Assembly: GCA_041667185.1 (NCBI GenBank)
Contig: JBAYFM010000003.1
Location: forward strand, 16,962 to 80,961
Direction: 5' to 3'
DNA length: 64,000 bases
Origin: Patescibacteria group bacterium
GTDB lineage: Bacteria; Patescibacteriota; Patescibacteriia; SG8-24
Shown: one piece after another, positions 45,639-55,578 of the stretch
Layout: the number at the start of each line of letters is the position of its first letter
Numbering within the stretch: position 1 is the stretch's first letter
The notes under the pieces: generated by a model
Databases searched by the model: none
Seen by the model: only the letters and a program-made list of their open reading frames with translations
Told to the model about the DNA's origin: nothing
Made by a program: the position numbers and the translations under genes

Positions 45639-46918
45639 AGCGTTTTGATTTAACATCGAAGGCGAAGATCGCGGCCGCGGCCTTGCTTGTCGCCGGCTTG
45701 AGTTTCGCGTCCATGTCGTTGCCGGTCAGTGCGGTGGAAGACGCGGCGTCCACCAGCGCTGTCGCGGAGGGTTCCGATCTGCGCGATCAGATCAATGAGA
45801 TCAACAGCGATGTCAAACAGAAGAAGACTGATCTCGAAAATCTGAATCGCAAGATCGAGGAGTACCGTGCGCTCGTGGCGAAGAAACAGATCGAGTCGGC
45901 TTCGCTCGAGGATGAATTGGCCCTGATCGACAACAAGGTCGCCAAAGAGGAGCTGTCCATCGATATCGCGCGGAGCGAGATCCGCAGTTTGGAACTGGAG
46001 ATCGACACGCTGAACAAGCGCATCGCGGCGGATGAGGAACAGATCGCCGAGGAGAGGAAACTTCTGGGCGGACTGGCGCGCAAACTTTATCGCACGCAGA
46101 TGAATCGTGGCACGTTCGAGATCCTGCTCGCGAACAAGAATTTCTCGGATTTCTTCGACGCCTTACATTCGATCACGCGGCTGCAGCTCGCGGTGGATTC
46201 GACCCTGGGCAAACTAAAGGTATTATTCGACGATCTGCAGACGGAAAAAGCCGGGCGCGAGACCGCTCGCCAGGACAGCCTGGCCCGGAAGCGCGCCCTC
46301 GAGGTGGCCAAGATGGAACTCGAGGACGAGAAAGCCCTCAAGGACGAACTGCTCACCAAGACCAAATCGTCCGAACTAGAATATCGCTATCTGCTCGCGG
46401 ACCTGAAGCATGAGCAGAGCGAAGCTGATTCCGAGATCATTTATCTCGAGAAGACGCTGCGCCAGAAGATGAACATCGCCGATCGCCTGGGCAATTCGAG
46501 CGCGGTCCTGTCCTGGCCGGTCGTGCCGGCCCGGGGCCTGTCTTCGATCTACCATGATCCGGATTATCCGTTCCGGTACGTTTTCGAGCATCCGGCGATC
46601 GATATCCGCGCGTATCAGGGCACGCCAGTGCGGTCATCAGCCGCCGGCATCGTCACCAGGGCCAAGAACGCCGGCATGGGCTATAGCTACGTCATGATCA
46701 TCCACAACAACGACCTGGCGACTGTTTACGGCCACCTTTCCAAGATCACGGCCAAGGAAGACACTTTTGTGGAAAGGGGAGAGATCATCGGCTATTCCGG
46801 CGGCATGCCGGGTACGCCAGGTGCCGGGCGCATGACCACCGGACCACACTTGCACTTCGAGACTCGCCGCGGCGGCATCCCGGTCGACCCGATGAATTAC
46901 CTGGTCGCGGCTTACTAG
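45635..46918 (+). CDS. M23-family metalloendopeptidase with N-terminal signal and coiled-coil (EnvC/LytM-like)
   Basis: ATGA-coupled to gltX. Signal peptide, long coiled coil. C-terminal HPAIDI...GPHLHFE M23 motifs. Confidence 0.8.
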   Translation: MKRFDLTSKAKIAAAALLVAGLSFASMSLPVSAVEDAASTSAVAEGSDLRDQINEINSDVKQKKTDLENLNRKIEEYRALVAKKQIESASLEDELALIDNKVAKEELSIDIARSEIRSLELEIDTLNKRIAADEEQIAEERKLLGGLARKLYRTQMNRGTFEILLANKNFSDFFDALHSITRLQLAVDSTLGKLKVLFDDLQTEKAGRETARQDSLARKRALEVAKMELEDEKALKDELLTKTKSSELEYRYLLADLKHEQSEADSEIIYLEKTLRQKMNIADRLGNSSAVLSWPVVPARGLSSIYHDPDYPFRYVFEHPAIDIRAYQGTPVRSSAAGIVTRAKNAGMGYSYVMIIHNNDLATVYGHLSKITAKEDTFVERGEIIGYSGGMPGTPGAGRMTTGPHLHFETRRGGIPVDPMNYLVAAY

Positions 46919-46930
46919 CTCAGAACATCA

Positions 46931-46970
46931 AAAATACCCGCCTCCGACCTCTAGGGGAGGCGGGTATTTT
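46931..46970. terminator. Bidirectional rho-independent terminator
   Basis: AAAAA-TACCCGCCTCC-gacctcta-GGAGGCGGGTA-TTTT. Confidence 0.65.
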
Positions 46971-47356
46971 AAGGCCATCTAGTGTCTCACAATATATCTT
47001 AGACGACACATGTATCTTAATTATAAGGCTGGCGTGTGGTTTGGACGCACCTCTGATTCCTGACGTCTGTGGTCAGGATTTTGTATCCGATCATCACATC
47101 ATTATTTTCGCGCCGCTGGGTCGCCTGCTGGGCTCACTGGTCTTGTTGGCCGACTTTGCACGTCAATCGGTCACGATGTCTTTACTGGCCGGTCGCAAAT
47201 TCTTTAACTCCATTATTTGGCTAACTTTAGCTAAATTATTGACTTATAAGCTTGTTTTTTGGCTTATTTAAGCCATTTTTTGATCTTCAAACGCGACAGG
47301 GAATTGTGATCGGCCCACTCACCCATCTCCGATCTTTACGCCGACACGATCATTAC

Positions 47357-47387
47357 AAAAAAGCACCACCGGCAGAGCGGTGGCGCT
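47357..47387 (-). terminator. Rho-independent terminator for the 47405..48274 gene
   Basis: GCACCACCG-gcaga-GCGGTGGCGC preceded on plus strand by AAAAAA. Confidence 0.55.
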
Positions 47388-47404
47388 TGAGAGCGGATCG
47401 GCGA

Positions 47405-48274
47405 TCAGCCGATGAGATTGAACTGGAGTTCGTCTTCGGCTGCGGTTGCGGAGACGGCGCCGGAGATCTTTGTCCCATTTTCGATCGAGACGGTCTTTGA
47501 GGTCCGCTTCGGAGCCTGGCTGGCGGCGGCGAATCGCCGGTCGGCTGAGGCGTTGTCCGTGGGCGGAACTTGCGACCGGACCATCTGACGGGCCACGTAG
47601 TTCACGGCGCCCAGGCGCGATCTTCGTTCCTGGATGCCGGAAGCGAGTTCCATGGCGACCGTGAGCCAGGCCGATTGATCGAAGTTCACCTGGAGGTGAG
47701 CCGCGACGTCGGCGAGCGCGATCGCGAGTCCGATCCGGCAATCCGTGTCCGTGATCAGGTGGTTGAATTGCTGGGCCTTGAGGTACGCGGCCGTGGCGAG
47801 CGCAGGCTGGCCGCTGGAATATGCGAGCTTGGCCATGGCGCAAGCCTGGCGCGTCGCCAGGAACACGCGGTTCTGTTTGCTCGGCGTCCAGTAGCGGTCA
47901 TTGTCCAGCACCTCGAGCGCAGCGACCAGCGCCGGCCGCGTATTGCGGTTCAGGCGAGAAGCGGTCGCGGCGAGATCCACGAAAGCCTGCAGGCGCTTGG
48001 CCTGGCTTTCGATGTCGTGTGCTATGATGAGCGCTTGCTCTTCGACCTGGCGCAGACAAGCGATGACCTCGGCGTGAGCGGCATACCGGACCGGAGGCCG
48101 CAGCCGCGACAGTAGGGCGAAGCCGCTCGCGAGGAGCGCGGACATCTTTCGGACAGCGAACCGGGCGACTTCAGCCGCGCGGTTGAATTTGGCGGTTGCG
48201 CCAGACTTGATCCGCGACAGATGTTCATTCAGCGATGTTCGGAAGTCAGCAGTTCGCAAAGAAACGCCGTTCAT
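47405..48274 (-). CDS. Hypothetical helical protein (290 aa)
   Basis: Strong SD aaggaggacatcATG (start at 48274). ORF track start at 48373 is likely an over-extension. No recognisable family. Confidence 0.5.
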   Translation of the reverse strand: MNGVSLRTADFRTSLNEHLSRIKSGATAKFNRAAEVARFAVRKMSALLASGFALLSRLRPPVRYAAHAEVIACLRQVEEQALIIAHDIESQAKRLQAFVDLAATASRLNRNTRPALVAALEVLDNDRYWTPSKQNRVFLATRQACAMAKLAYSSGQPALATAAYLKAQQFNHLITDTDCRIGLAIALADVAAHLQVNFDQSAWLTVAMELASGIQERRSRLGAVNYVARQMVRSQVPPTDNASADRRFAAASQAPKRTSKTVSIENGTKISGAVSATAAEDELQFNLIG

Positions 48275-48410
48275 GATGTCCTCCTTGATCAAAGACTGAT
48301 GGTGATTTGTAAGGTGCGATATCCGCATAAGATACGGACCTCGTTTTTTATCATAAAAAAGCCGTTTTGTCAACCCTCGGACGCATGAAAAGTCAGCCTT
48401 ATTTTTGAAT

Positions 48411-48438
48411 AAAAAAAGACGCCCTCAGGCGGGCGTCT
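48411..48438 (-). terminator. Rho-independent terminator for the 48438..48884 gene
   Basis: AGACGCCC-tcaggc-GGGCGTCT preceded on plus strand by AAAAAAA. Confidence 0.6.
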
Positions 48439-48884
48439 TAACTGTCGAGTTTCTCAACCACGCGCGTCAGGCGCGGCATGGACTTGATCCGGCTGCGGAT
48501 GCAGGCGACCTGCACCACGTCGCCGGGTTCGACTTGGAGATAGAGATGGCGCGGAACCTCGATCTCGACCGGTCCCCAACCCGCATCAACGGACAGGGTG
48601 TGGAATTCCGGCTGGCAGACCTCGTACATCATGGGCAGCTGACCCATCGGCTGGAACTGCCAGTCCTCGGTCATGTGCTCGGGTACGTAGTGCTTGGCGA
48701 GAACCCTGGCTCGCGTCTTGGTCTCCAGAAGCCACCAGTTGTCCATGGCGTGGATGATGCCGGCGATGAGCGCGGAGCTCAGGATCGCGAGAAAGACCAA
48801 TGCGATCAGCGCGATGGAGATGCGACTCCAGTCGATGGCGGCAAACGCTTGTCGCAGCATTTGATCGAACAGACCTGCGTTCAT
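48438..48884 (-). CDS. Hypothetical single-pass membrane protein (148 aa)
   Basis: SD aaggagcgtatcacATG (start at 48884). One TM segment (ISIALIALVFLAILSSALIAGII). Confidence 0.45.
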   Translation of the reverse strand: MNAGLFDQMLRQAFAAIDWSRISIALIALVFLAILSSALIAGIIHAMDNWWLLETKTRARVLAKHYVPEHMTEDWQFQPMGQLPMMYEVCQPEFHTLSVDAGWGPVEIEVPRHLYLQVEPGDVVQVACIRSRIKSMPRLTRVVEKLDS

Positions 48885-49019
48885 GTGATACGCTCCTTGG
48901 TTGTTGAAAGAACCGTTTCTGTTTGGCTGCGGGAACGTCAAAAATATAGTCTTTTTCGCGAAAAAGTCAAGGTGGTTTATCCCCTATCACCGCCTCGGGA
49001 GGTGTTTAGGTGATAGGCT

Positions 49020-49301
49020 TTAGTTGTCAGCCGCCGCCTGTTTCCAGAAAAACAGATCGAGCAGGATCGCGAGGACGAGTCCGATGATCTGGTCGCGGCC
49101 CCAGACGCCGTGATACCAGTGCAGGACCGCGACATACCAGACCAGCGTGTACGGGGCGAAAATGAAACCCAGGAGCGGGATCCACCAGTCCCGAAGCAGG
49201 CCCTCGAACCAGTCGTTCAGGATCAGGTAGATGAAGACGCCTCGCGGGGCCAGGAGTCCGGACATGATGATGAGCCAGCGCATATGGAATAAGTATAGCA
49301 T
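49020..49301 (-). CDS. Small hypothetical membrane protein (~93 aa, 2-3 TM)
   Basis: Internal start MLYLFHMRWLIIMSG... within ORF 49020..49445. Hydrophobic and Trp-rich. Confidence 0.35.
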   Translation of the reverse strand: MLYLFHMRWLIIMSGLLAPRGVFIYLILNDWFEGLLRDWWIPLLGFIFAPYTLVWYVAVLHWYHGVWGRDQIIGLVLAILLDLFFWKQAAADN

Positions 49302-49405
49302 TTTTACGCGTTCGCCGCGCGAGGTCCTCTCTGACTGGGTTGGCGCCAGCGGGGCGGAGGAACAAAAAACGCGCCGACGAGCGGCGCATTTTTGGTTTTC
49401 AGTCC

Positions 49406-50014
49406 TTATTTGACGGCGATGAAGATATCCTTGTCCTCCGCCCAAAGGCGTTTGCCGGCGCGGATGGCCGAGGCGGCATAGCCGTTGCCAGCGTTGCAGC
49501 CGTTATGGCACTGCGTCGCATAGACGGGATGTTCGGGATAGCCGTTGCGTTCCAGATAATTCAGCGTCCATTCGGCCGAGCATTTCAGGTCTCGCGTGCA
49601 TTCGAGCGTGATCTTGTGAAGTCTGTAATGGATCTGAAAATACCCATGCGCGCGGCCGTTGTCGCCGATAGCCAGGCCGTAGAAACGCGATTCCTTCCAG
49701 GCCATGCCCAGGAGGGTTTGGGCGCAATCCTCGTCGTAGCCGCTGGCTTGGCAGACCTCCAGCAGGATCTGTTTGATGGTTGGGGGCTGCTCGGGGCCAT
49801 AGACGACCGGTTCAGCCGACAGTGGCTCCGCTCCCTGGTAATTCAGATCAGCGGTCAGGGTTTGGCCGGTGTAGAGGTCGAGCAAGGAGGCGCCACCCGT
49901 CGCGGCGGCTGGTACGGCCGACCAGGCGAAACCGACCATAAAGACGGCGATATAAGCCCGTCTTAAGGTCCACCAGGAGGCTGGCGCGATCAATTTTTTG
50001 GCTAATTTATGCAT
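49406..50014 (-). CDS. Lytic transglycosylase (SLT-domain) with N-terminal membrane anchor
   Basis: ...LGMAWKESRFYGLAIGDNGRAHGYFQIHY matches the SLT motif (E-S..F .... G..G.MQ). Start at MHKLAKKLIAPASWW (50014). Confidence 0.6.
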   Translation of the reverse strand: MHKLAKKLIAPASWWTLRRAYIAVFMVGFAWSAVPAAATGGASLLDLYTGQTLTADLNYQGAEPLSAEPVVYGPEQPPTIKQILLEVCQASGYDEDCAQTLLGMAWKESRFYGLAIGDNGRAHGYFQIHYRLHKITLECTRDLKCSAEWTLNYLERNGYPEHPVYATQCHNGCNAGNGYAASAIRAGKRLWAEDKDIFIAVK

Positions 50015-50221
50015 ATATTTTGGAGGGCCGTTTGGAGACCCAACCGAGCAGACTAGCACGTTTTGATCGTTTTGTCAACGGTGGGAGGTGGTTGGTGGCA
50101 GTGGTGTGAGGCTCGGTTAAGGCGGGGTGCGGGGCTTTGTTTGGGGTCGTGAGGAGCGGAAAACTTACGGCGTAACCTCTCTTTTCAACCTCGGCTGACG
50201 CCGAGGTTCTCTGATAGTGGC

Positions 50222-50252
50222 GAAAAAAAAACGACCCCTTGGAAAAGGGGTC
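50222..50252 (-). terminator. Rho-independent terminator for ftsH
   Basis: GACCCCTT-ggaa-AAGGGGTC preceded on plus strand by A9 (U9 on minus strand). Confidence 0.65.
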
Positions 50253-50281
50253 GGGTGTGGAGAGAAAGAACGGGGGCCGGA

Positions 50282-52108
50282 TCAGAGCGTTCGGCGCGGA
50301 CCGAGGATCTGGGTGATCTCGGGGGTATAGATCGTTTCACGCTCCAGTAAGACCTGGGCCAGAGCGTTGAGAAGCTCGCGTTTTTCGGAGAGGAGCTTCT
50401 CCACTTCGGTGTTGCAGTCGGCGATCATCTTGACGATCTGTCCGTCGATGAGCGTCGCCGTCGTCTCACTGAAGTCGCGGTCGCCGTAGCCAGAATCAAG
50501 GAAGGCTGCCCTGTTCTTGGCTCCGAACGTCCGCAGTCCCAAGGCCGGCTCGTCGGTCATCGCATAGTCGCAGATCATGTGATGAGCGAGATTGGTGGCT
50601 CGCTCAAGGTCGTTCGACACTCCGGTGGTGACATCGCCAAAGACGAGATTTTCGGCCATGCGGCCGCCCAGGAGTATCTTGATCTGGGCGAGGAGTTCGG
50701 ACCTGCGGTAGAGCGGCATGTCGCGTTCGGGCAGGCTGAGCGTGACGCCGAGAGCGAGGCCACGCGGGATGATCGAGACCATGTGGACCGGGTCGCAGCC
50801 GGGAGTGAACCACCCGACAAGCGCGTGTCCGGCCTCATGAAAAGCGATCGTCCGTTTGGTCTCGGGAGTGAGGAAAGAGCTTTTGCGCTCCGGCCCCATG
50901 ATCACTTTTTCGAAGGCGTACGCAACGTCTTGGTGGTCGACGCTTTTCTTGTCGGCCTTGGCGGCGCGCAGAGCGGCTTCATTCAAGAGTTCCTCGAGGT
51001 CGGCGCCGGTCATGCCGGGCGTACCACGGGCGATGACGCTAAGGTCGACGTCAGTTGCCAGTTTGACGCCGCGAGCGTGGACTTTGAGAATGGCTTCCCG
51101 GCCGACGAGATCCGGCTTCGGGAGGACCACCTGGCGGTCGAAGCGGCCAGCGCGGGTCAGCGCCTGATCGAGGATCTCGGGGCGGTTCGTGGCGGCGATG
51201 ATGATGACGCCGGCGTTGTTGGAAAAACCATCCATCTGGACCAGGAGTTCGTTCAGGGTCTGTTCGCTTTCGTTGTGGCCGCCGCTCGAGAAACCAGCGC
51301 CTCCGCGTTTGCGCCCGATCGCATCGATCTCGTCGATGAAGATGATGCAGGGTGCGTGGCGTCTCGCTTGCGTGAAGAGGTCACGGACGCGCGCGGCGCC
51401 GACGCCGACGAACATCTCGATGAAGCCGGAGGCGCTCGCTGAAATGAACGCCACGCCAGCCTCGCCGGCCATGGCGCGCGCGAGAAGCGTTTTGCCGGTG
51501 CCGGAAGGGCCGACGAGCATGATGCCTTTAGGCGCCCGCCCGCCCAGCGTCGTGAATCGCGACGGGTTCTTGAGGAAGGTTACGAGATCTTTGACCTCGT
51601 CGACTGCCTCATCGACCCCGGCCACATCGGTAAAGCGCGTTTTGATGTCCTTGCTTCGGATGAGTTCGAATTGGGACTTTCTATGATCCTGAGCTTTGTC
51701 GAAATTACCGCTCGTTTTTTTGTTCCATTGTAAGAAGCCCCAAAGAAGAGCGATTGGCAGTACGAGCTTCAGGATCAGTATCCAGCCCCAGTTGCCTTTA
51801 CCCGATGCCGGGTTCTCCGCGAATTTGACGTCGTGTTCTTCAAGTTCGCGGTAGACCAGTTCGGTATTGGTGGAGTAGCTGCGCACGATCTCGTTCGATT
51901 TGGTCCGGCTGTGGATCCGGCCCTGGTCGATCGTGGCTTCAACGATCTCTCCCCTCTCGACGAGATCGAGGAATTCGCTGATGCCGACGGTACGTTCAGG
52001 GCGCGCCGCGTCGCCACGCTTCATGTAATTGAAGACCAGGATGGCAAGAGTGACGAGCGCAATCCAGAGCAAGAATGATCGGATACGGTTACTGTTTATC
52101 TGGTCCAT
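50282..52108 (-). CDS. ftsH: ATP-dependent zinc metalloprotease FtsH
   Basis: Walker A GPSGTGKT, SRH region, HEAGHALVGW zinc site. SD aaggaggtctgcccATG. Confidence 0.95.
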   Translation of the reverse strand: MDQINSNRIRSFLLWIALVTLAILVFNYMKRGDAARPERTVGISEFLDLVERGEIVEATIDQGRIHSRTKSNEIVRSYSTNTELVYRELEEHDVKFAENPASGKGNWGWILILKLVLPIALLWGFLQWNKKTSGNFDKAQDHRKSQFELIRSKDIKTRFTDVAGVDEAVDEVKDLVTFLKNPSRFTTLGGRAPKGIMLVGPSGTGKTLLARAMAGEAGVAFISASASGFIEMFVGVGAARVRDLFTQARRHAPCIIFIDEIDAIGRKRGGAGFSSGGHNESEQTLNELLVQMDGFSNNAGVIIIAATNRPEILDQALTRAGRFDRQVVLPKPDLVGREAILKVHARGVKLATDVDLSVIARGTPGMTGADLEELLNEAALRAAKADKKSVDHQDVAYAFEKVIMGPERKSSFLTPETKRTIAFHEAGHALVGWFTPGCDPVHMVSIIPRGLALGVTLSLPERDMPLYRRSELLAQIKILLGGRMAENLVFGDVTTGVSNDLERATNLAHHMICDYAMTDEPALGLRTFGAKNRAAFLDSGYGDRDFSETTATLIDGQIVKMIADCNTEVEKLLSEKRELLNALAQVLLERETIYTPEITQILGPRRTL

Positions 52109-52228
52109 GGGCAGACCTCCTTGGTCCAGGTTGCAGTGGTTGTCAAAGATCCAAACAGGCTTATTTCTAAGCCAAAAATGACCTTAGCAAAAGGCCCGAG
52201 ATAAGGGAAGTGTCGCCTCGCTGCCGCC

Positions 52229-53263
52229 TTATTTGGTCGATCCGTCCTTGAAACGGATGAAGATCCGTTCATCGTAGCGCAGGTCGATATAATCCAATTC
52301 CGACCGCCGGTCGCCAATCTTGTCGCGAAGGACTACAGCCAGACGCGAGGCCTGGACGTCAAAAGGCGTGTTCGAGGTCAGGTAGACGCGCCAGCCGGAC
52401 TCCATGACGGCTTCGACCGAGTCTTTGCCGTTCATGAGTCTGAACCAGACTGATTGTTCGGCCAGGTCCGGCAGCCGGGCATGCGCCTGCAGGATGAGCG
52501 ACAGGAGCGCCGGCGGAACCACGACATCGCCGGGCGCAGCGGTTTTTTTGTCAGCCGCGCCGATGATCAAGGGATAGCCGCCGTCTAGCCGGTCGGAGGG
52601 TGTTTTGGTCTGGATGGCCGGTGGTTTGGTTGATGGTGGCGATAATGGCGCGGCCGCGGTTTCGGCGGCGGCGGTGGTGGCGGCGTCGGCCGGCGTTTCC
52701 ATGGCGCTGATCTCAGGCGGCAACCGCGTGATGGTCTTGATTTCGCGGTCGTTGGTTTCACGTATCACGAAACCGGTCCCATCGAGCGCCCAGAAACGTT
52801 CGTTGTCCCAGTAAACGGCGCGGACGGTTTTTTCCCTGACGGAAATAGTGAGCTGGTTCGGTAGTTTCTTTTCGATCTTCAGGTCGTCGAAGATGAAATT
52901 ATCGCTGATCATCCGCGCGGCCGAATCGACGTCGAAGATCAGGATGTTGTCCTGCGGCAGGATCAGCCAACTCATCCGGCGGAATTGGCCGTAGATAAGT
53001 TCTTTTACGGAGTCGACCGTCGACGGCGAGGCGTTCTCGATGCGGACGTCGGTGATGCGGAACCAGGGCGCCCAGAACGCCGCCCAGAAAGCGATGATCA
53101 GGACGGCGCCGGTCGTGGCTGTAGTCAGGAACAGGCGCGAGGGCCAGAAAGGGCGGTGGTTATTTTGTCCCGCCCGGCGCGGCGCGGACCAGCCACTGCT
53201 CGAGCGGCGGCGCTGCCAGGATCCGGCGATGGAGATGGGGCGTCCGCGTTGAATGCGTCTCAT
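52229..53263 (-). CDS. ftsQ: Cell division protein FtsQ/DivIB-like (POTRA domain)
   Basis: Single TM, then FRITDVRIENASPSTVDSVKELI...ILPQDNILIFD... (POTRA). Ala/Pro-rich linker. Position right after ddl. Confidence 0.65.
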   Translation of the reverse strand: MRRIQRGRPISIAGSWQRRRSSSGWSAPRRAGQNNHRPFWPSRLFLTTATTGAVLIIAFWAAFWAPWFRITDVRIENASPSTVDSVKELIYGQFRRMSWLILPQDNILIFDVDSAARMISDNFIFDDLKIEKKLPNQLTISVREKTVRAVYWDNERFWALDGTGFVIRETNDREIKTITRLPPEISAMETPADAATTAAAETAAAPLSPPSTKPPAIQTKTPSDRLDGGYPLIIGAADKKTAAPGDVVVPPALLSLILQAHARLPDLAEQSVWFRLMNGKDSVEAVMESGWRVYLTSNTPFDVQASRLAVVLRDKIGDRRSELDYIDLRYDERIFIRFKDGSTK

Positions 53264-54387
53264 AAGTTTTTCTTTCCCCCACTCTGTCCGGGCGCGTAGA
53301 TCCGCGTCAGACGGCCGTTTCGGCGCCCGCGTTTCAGGGCCAGGGCGATGAGTTTATCAATGAGCCGGCCATAGGACAGGCCGGAGGCCGCCCACAGCTT
53401 GGGGAACATGCTGATGCTCGTGAAGCCCGGCAGTGTGTTGATCTCGTTCAGGTATACTTTCGGCTGTTTGTCGCGGCTGAGCAGAAAATCAACGCGAGCC
53501 AGACCGTAGGCTTCGAGTGCGGTGAAAGTCCGGGCGGCCAGCTGGCGGATGAAGGCGGCGAGAGCCGGTGGTAGCGGCGCCGGGATCAGCGCTTGGGAGC
53601 GGCCGTCGATATATTTGGCTTCGTAATCGTAAAATTCGTTGGAGGGTACGATCTCGCCCAGGACCGAGGTTTCGGGCGCATCCGTGCTGCCGAGGACCGC
53701 GCATTCGATCTCTCGCGCCCGCTCGACCGACTTCTCGACCACGACCTTGAGATCATAACTCAGGGCGAGCCGGATGGCGGCGAGCAGTTCTTTGAGGTGA
53801 TGTGCTTTGCTGATGCCGACCGAGGAGCCGAGATTGGCCGGTTTGACGAAGACCGGGAAACCGAAGCGATTGATGATATCGCGGACGATTCCTTCTTGGT
53901 TCCGTTGCCAGGCTTCATCAGTGAAATCCAGCCAGGGCACGACCGGCAGCTTTTCGCGTTCAAGGATCTTTTTTTGTACGGCCTTGTCCATGCCGACGGC
54001 TGAACCTAGCACGCCGCTGCCGACGTAAGGGATACTCGCGAGTTCCAGAAGACCCTGGAGACAACCGTCTTCGCCGCCCGTGCCGTGGACGAGCGGAATG
54101 GCGACGTCGATGCCGACGGCGCGGCGGTTGGCGCCGTTGAGCCAGCTTGACCCCGGTTGCGCCAGAACCGCCCCGGATCTTTTTCCGGACATTAGGGTTT
54201 TGGCCTGTCCCGCCGGCAACAGCGACTGGTCGCGCAGCCAGCGGCCGGCGCGATCGATGCGCACGGGCAAAATCGAATATTTCGCCGGATCCAGCGCGGC
54301 GATGACCGAGGCGGCGGACTGGAGCGAGACTTCGTGCTCGCCCGAGCGTCCGCCGCAGATGACGGCGATGTTCAGTTTCTTTCTCAT
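53260..54387 (-). CDS. ddl: D-alanine--D-alanine ligase
   Basis: Start at MRKKLNIAVICGGRSGEHEVSLQSA (54387). ORF track extension to 54561 is artefactual. ATP-grasp motifs. Confidence 0.9.
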   Translation of the reverse strand: MRKKLNIAVICGGRSGEHEVSLQSAASVIAALDPAKYSILPVRIDRAGRWLRDQSLLPAGQAKTLMSGKRSGAVLAQPGSSWLNGANRRAVGIDVAIPLVHGTGGEDGCLQGLLELASIPYVGSGVLGSAVGMDKAVQKKILEREKLPVVPWLDFTDEAWQRNQEGIVRDIINRFGFPVFVKPANLGSSVGISKAHHLKELLAAIRLALSYDLKVVVEKSVERAREIECAVLGSTDAPETSVLGEIVPSNEFYDYEAKYIDGRSQALIPAPLPPALAAFIRQLAARTFTALEAYGLARVDFLLSRDKQPKVYLNEINTLPGFTSISMFPKLWAASGLSYGRLIDKLIALALKRGRRNGRLTRIYAPGQSGGKKNL

Positions 54388-55538
54388 TTGGACGGAATTC
54401 GCGGCGTCAGCGGATTGATCCGCGTGACCGCTTCGTAATTGATCGTTGAAAGCCGGGCGGCGAGTTCCTCGGCGGAAACGCGGTCGCGGCCCTGGGAACC
54501 GATGAGGGTGGCGATCTCGCCGGGTCTGAGATCCGGCACGGCGCTCGCGTCGACCACGCACATGTTCATGCAGACGCGGCCCACGACGCGGCAGCGCCGG
54601 CCGCGGATCAGGACTTCGCCGACCGAGGACAATCCCCTGCCGAAACCGTCCCAGTAGCCGACGGGCAGGACGGCCAGCTGCGCGTCTTGTTTCAGGCGTT
54701 CGGTGAGTCCGTAGCTCACTGGCGCGCCGGCTGGCATTTTTTTGACCTGGGCGACGACGGTCTTCCAGGCGAGAGCCGGGCGCAGGTCGAGTCGGCGGCC
54801 GAAAGCTTTGGTCGAAGCTTTGGTCGAAGCTTTGGTCTCGGGCGACGGCCAGAGGCCGTAGAGCGCGATGCCGACGCGCACGGCGTTGAAGCGCGATTCC
54901 GGGTACAGGATGGCGGCGGCGCTGCAGGCAGTGTGGATGAATTTCGGTTTCAGGCCGGCGTCAGCGATGGCAGCGAGCGCGCTGTGGAAACGCTTGAGCT
55001 GCAGCCGGGCGTAGGTCGGATCGGTCGTGTCCTCGATGTTGGCGTAGTGGGTGGAAACGCCTTCGAGAATGACGTGCGGCTGGCGTCTGACGAGCTTGAG
55101 GATCGCGGGCAGATCAGCGGCCAGTACGCCCTGGCGCGAGGTGCCGGTCTCGATCTTCAGATGGATTCTGGCCGGGTGTTTTTTGGTCGCCAGACGACCG
55201 GCGGCTCTGATGGTTTCAGGATTATAAACCGTGAAGCTGAAGCCGGACTTTATCGTTTCTGCCAGCGAAAAATTCGGGGTGTAACCGAGGATGATGACGG
55301 GTCGGCGGACGTCGGCGGCGCGGATCGTTTGAGCCTCGGATAACTGATCAACGGCAAAAACATCGACGGCGTTTTTCACGGCGCGGGCGACCAGGGCCAG
55401 GCCATGGCCGTAGGCGTTCGATTTGACCACGGCGATGAGTCTGACCTCGCGGCCGATGAGCCGCTTCAGCTCCCGCGCGTTATGCGCGAGCGCCGAGGTC
55501 GATATCTCGAGCCAGGTTTTGCCGGGGGGCGTCTTCAT
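54384..55538 (-). CDS. alr: Alanine racemase
   Basis: AVVKSNAYGHG PLP-lysine motif. ATGA overlap with ddl. Confidence 0.9.
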   Translation of the reverse strand: MKTPPGKTWLEISTSALAHNARELKRLIGREVRLIAVVKSNAYGHGLALVARAVKNAVDVFAVDQLSEAQTIRAADVRRPVIILGYTPNFSLAETIKSGFSFTVYNPETIRAAGRLATKKHPARIHLKIETGTSRQGVLAADLPAILKLVRRQPHVILEGVSTHYANIEDTTDPTYARLQLKRFHSALAAIADAGLKPKFIHTACSAAAILYPESRFNAVRVGIALYGLWPSPETKASTKASTKAFGRRLDLRPALAWKTVVAQVKKMPAGAPVSYGLTERLKQDAQLAVLPVGYWDGFGRGLSSVGEVLIRGRRCRVVGRVCMNMCVVDASAVPDLRPGEIATLIGSQGRDRVSAEELAARLSTINYEAVTRINPLTPRIPSK

Positions 55539-55578
55539 GTTAGGGCGGATCGGGTGCCTGACACCGGATCGCGGGTCA

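Noticed and set aside
50090-50160. G-rich stretch (possible G-quadruplex) in the ftsH downstream region
   Set aside because: G-runs are short and irregularly spaced. There are no four clean G3+ tracts within a 30-nt window.
53260-54561. ddl ORF extension to 54561 (433 aa)
   Set aside because: The first 58 residues are Arg-rich junk. Conserved Ddl starts at MRKKLNIAVICGG, with an ATGA overlap to alr.
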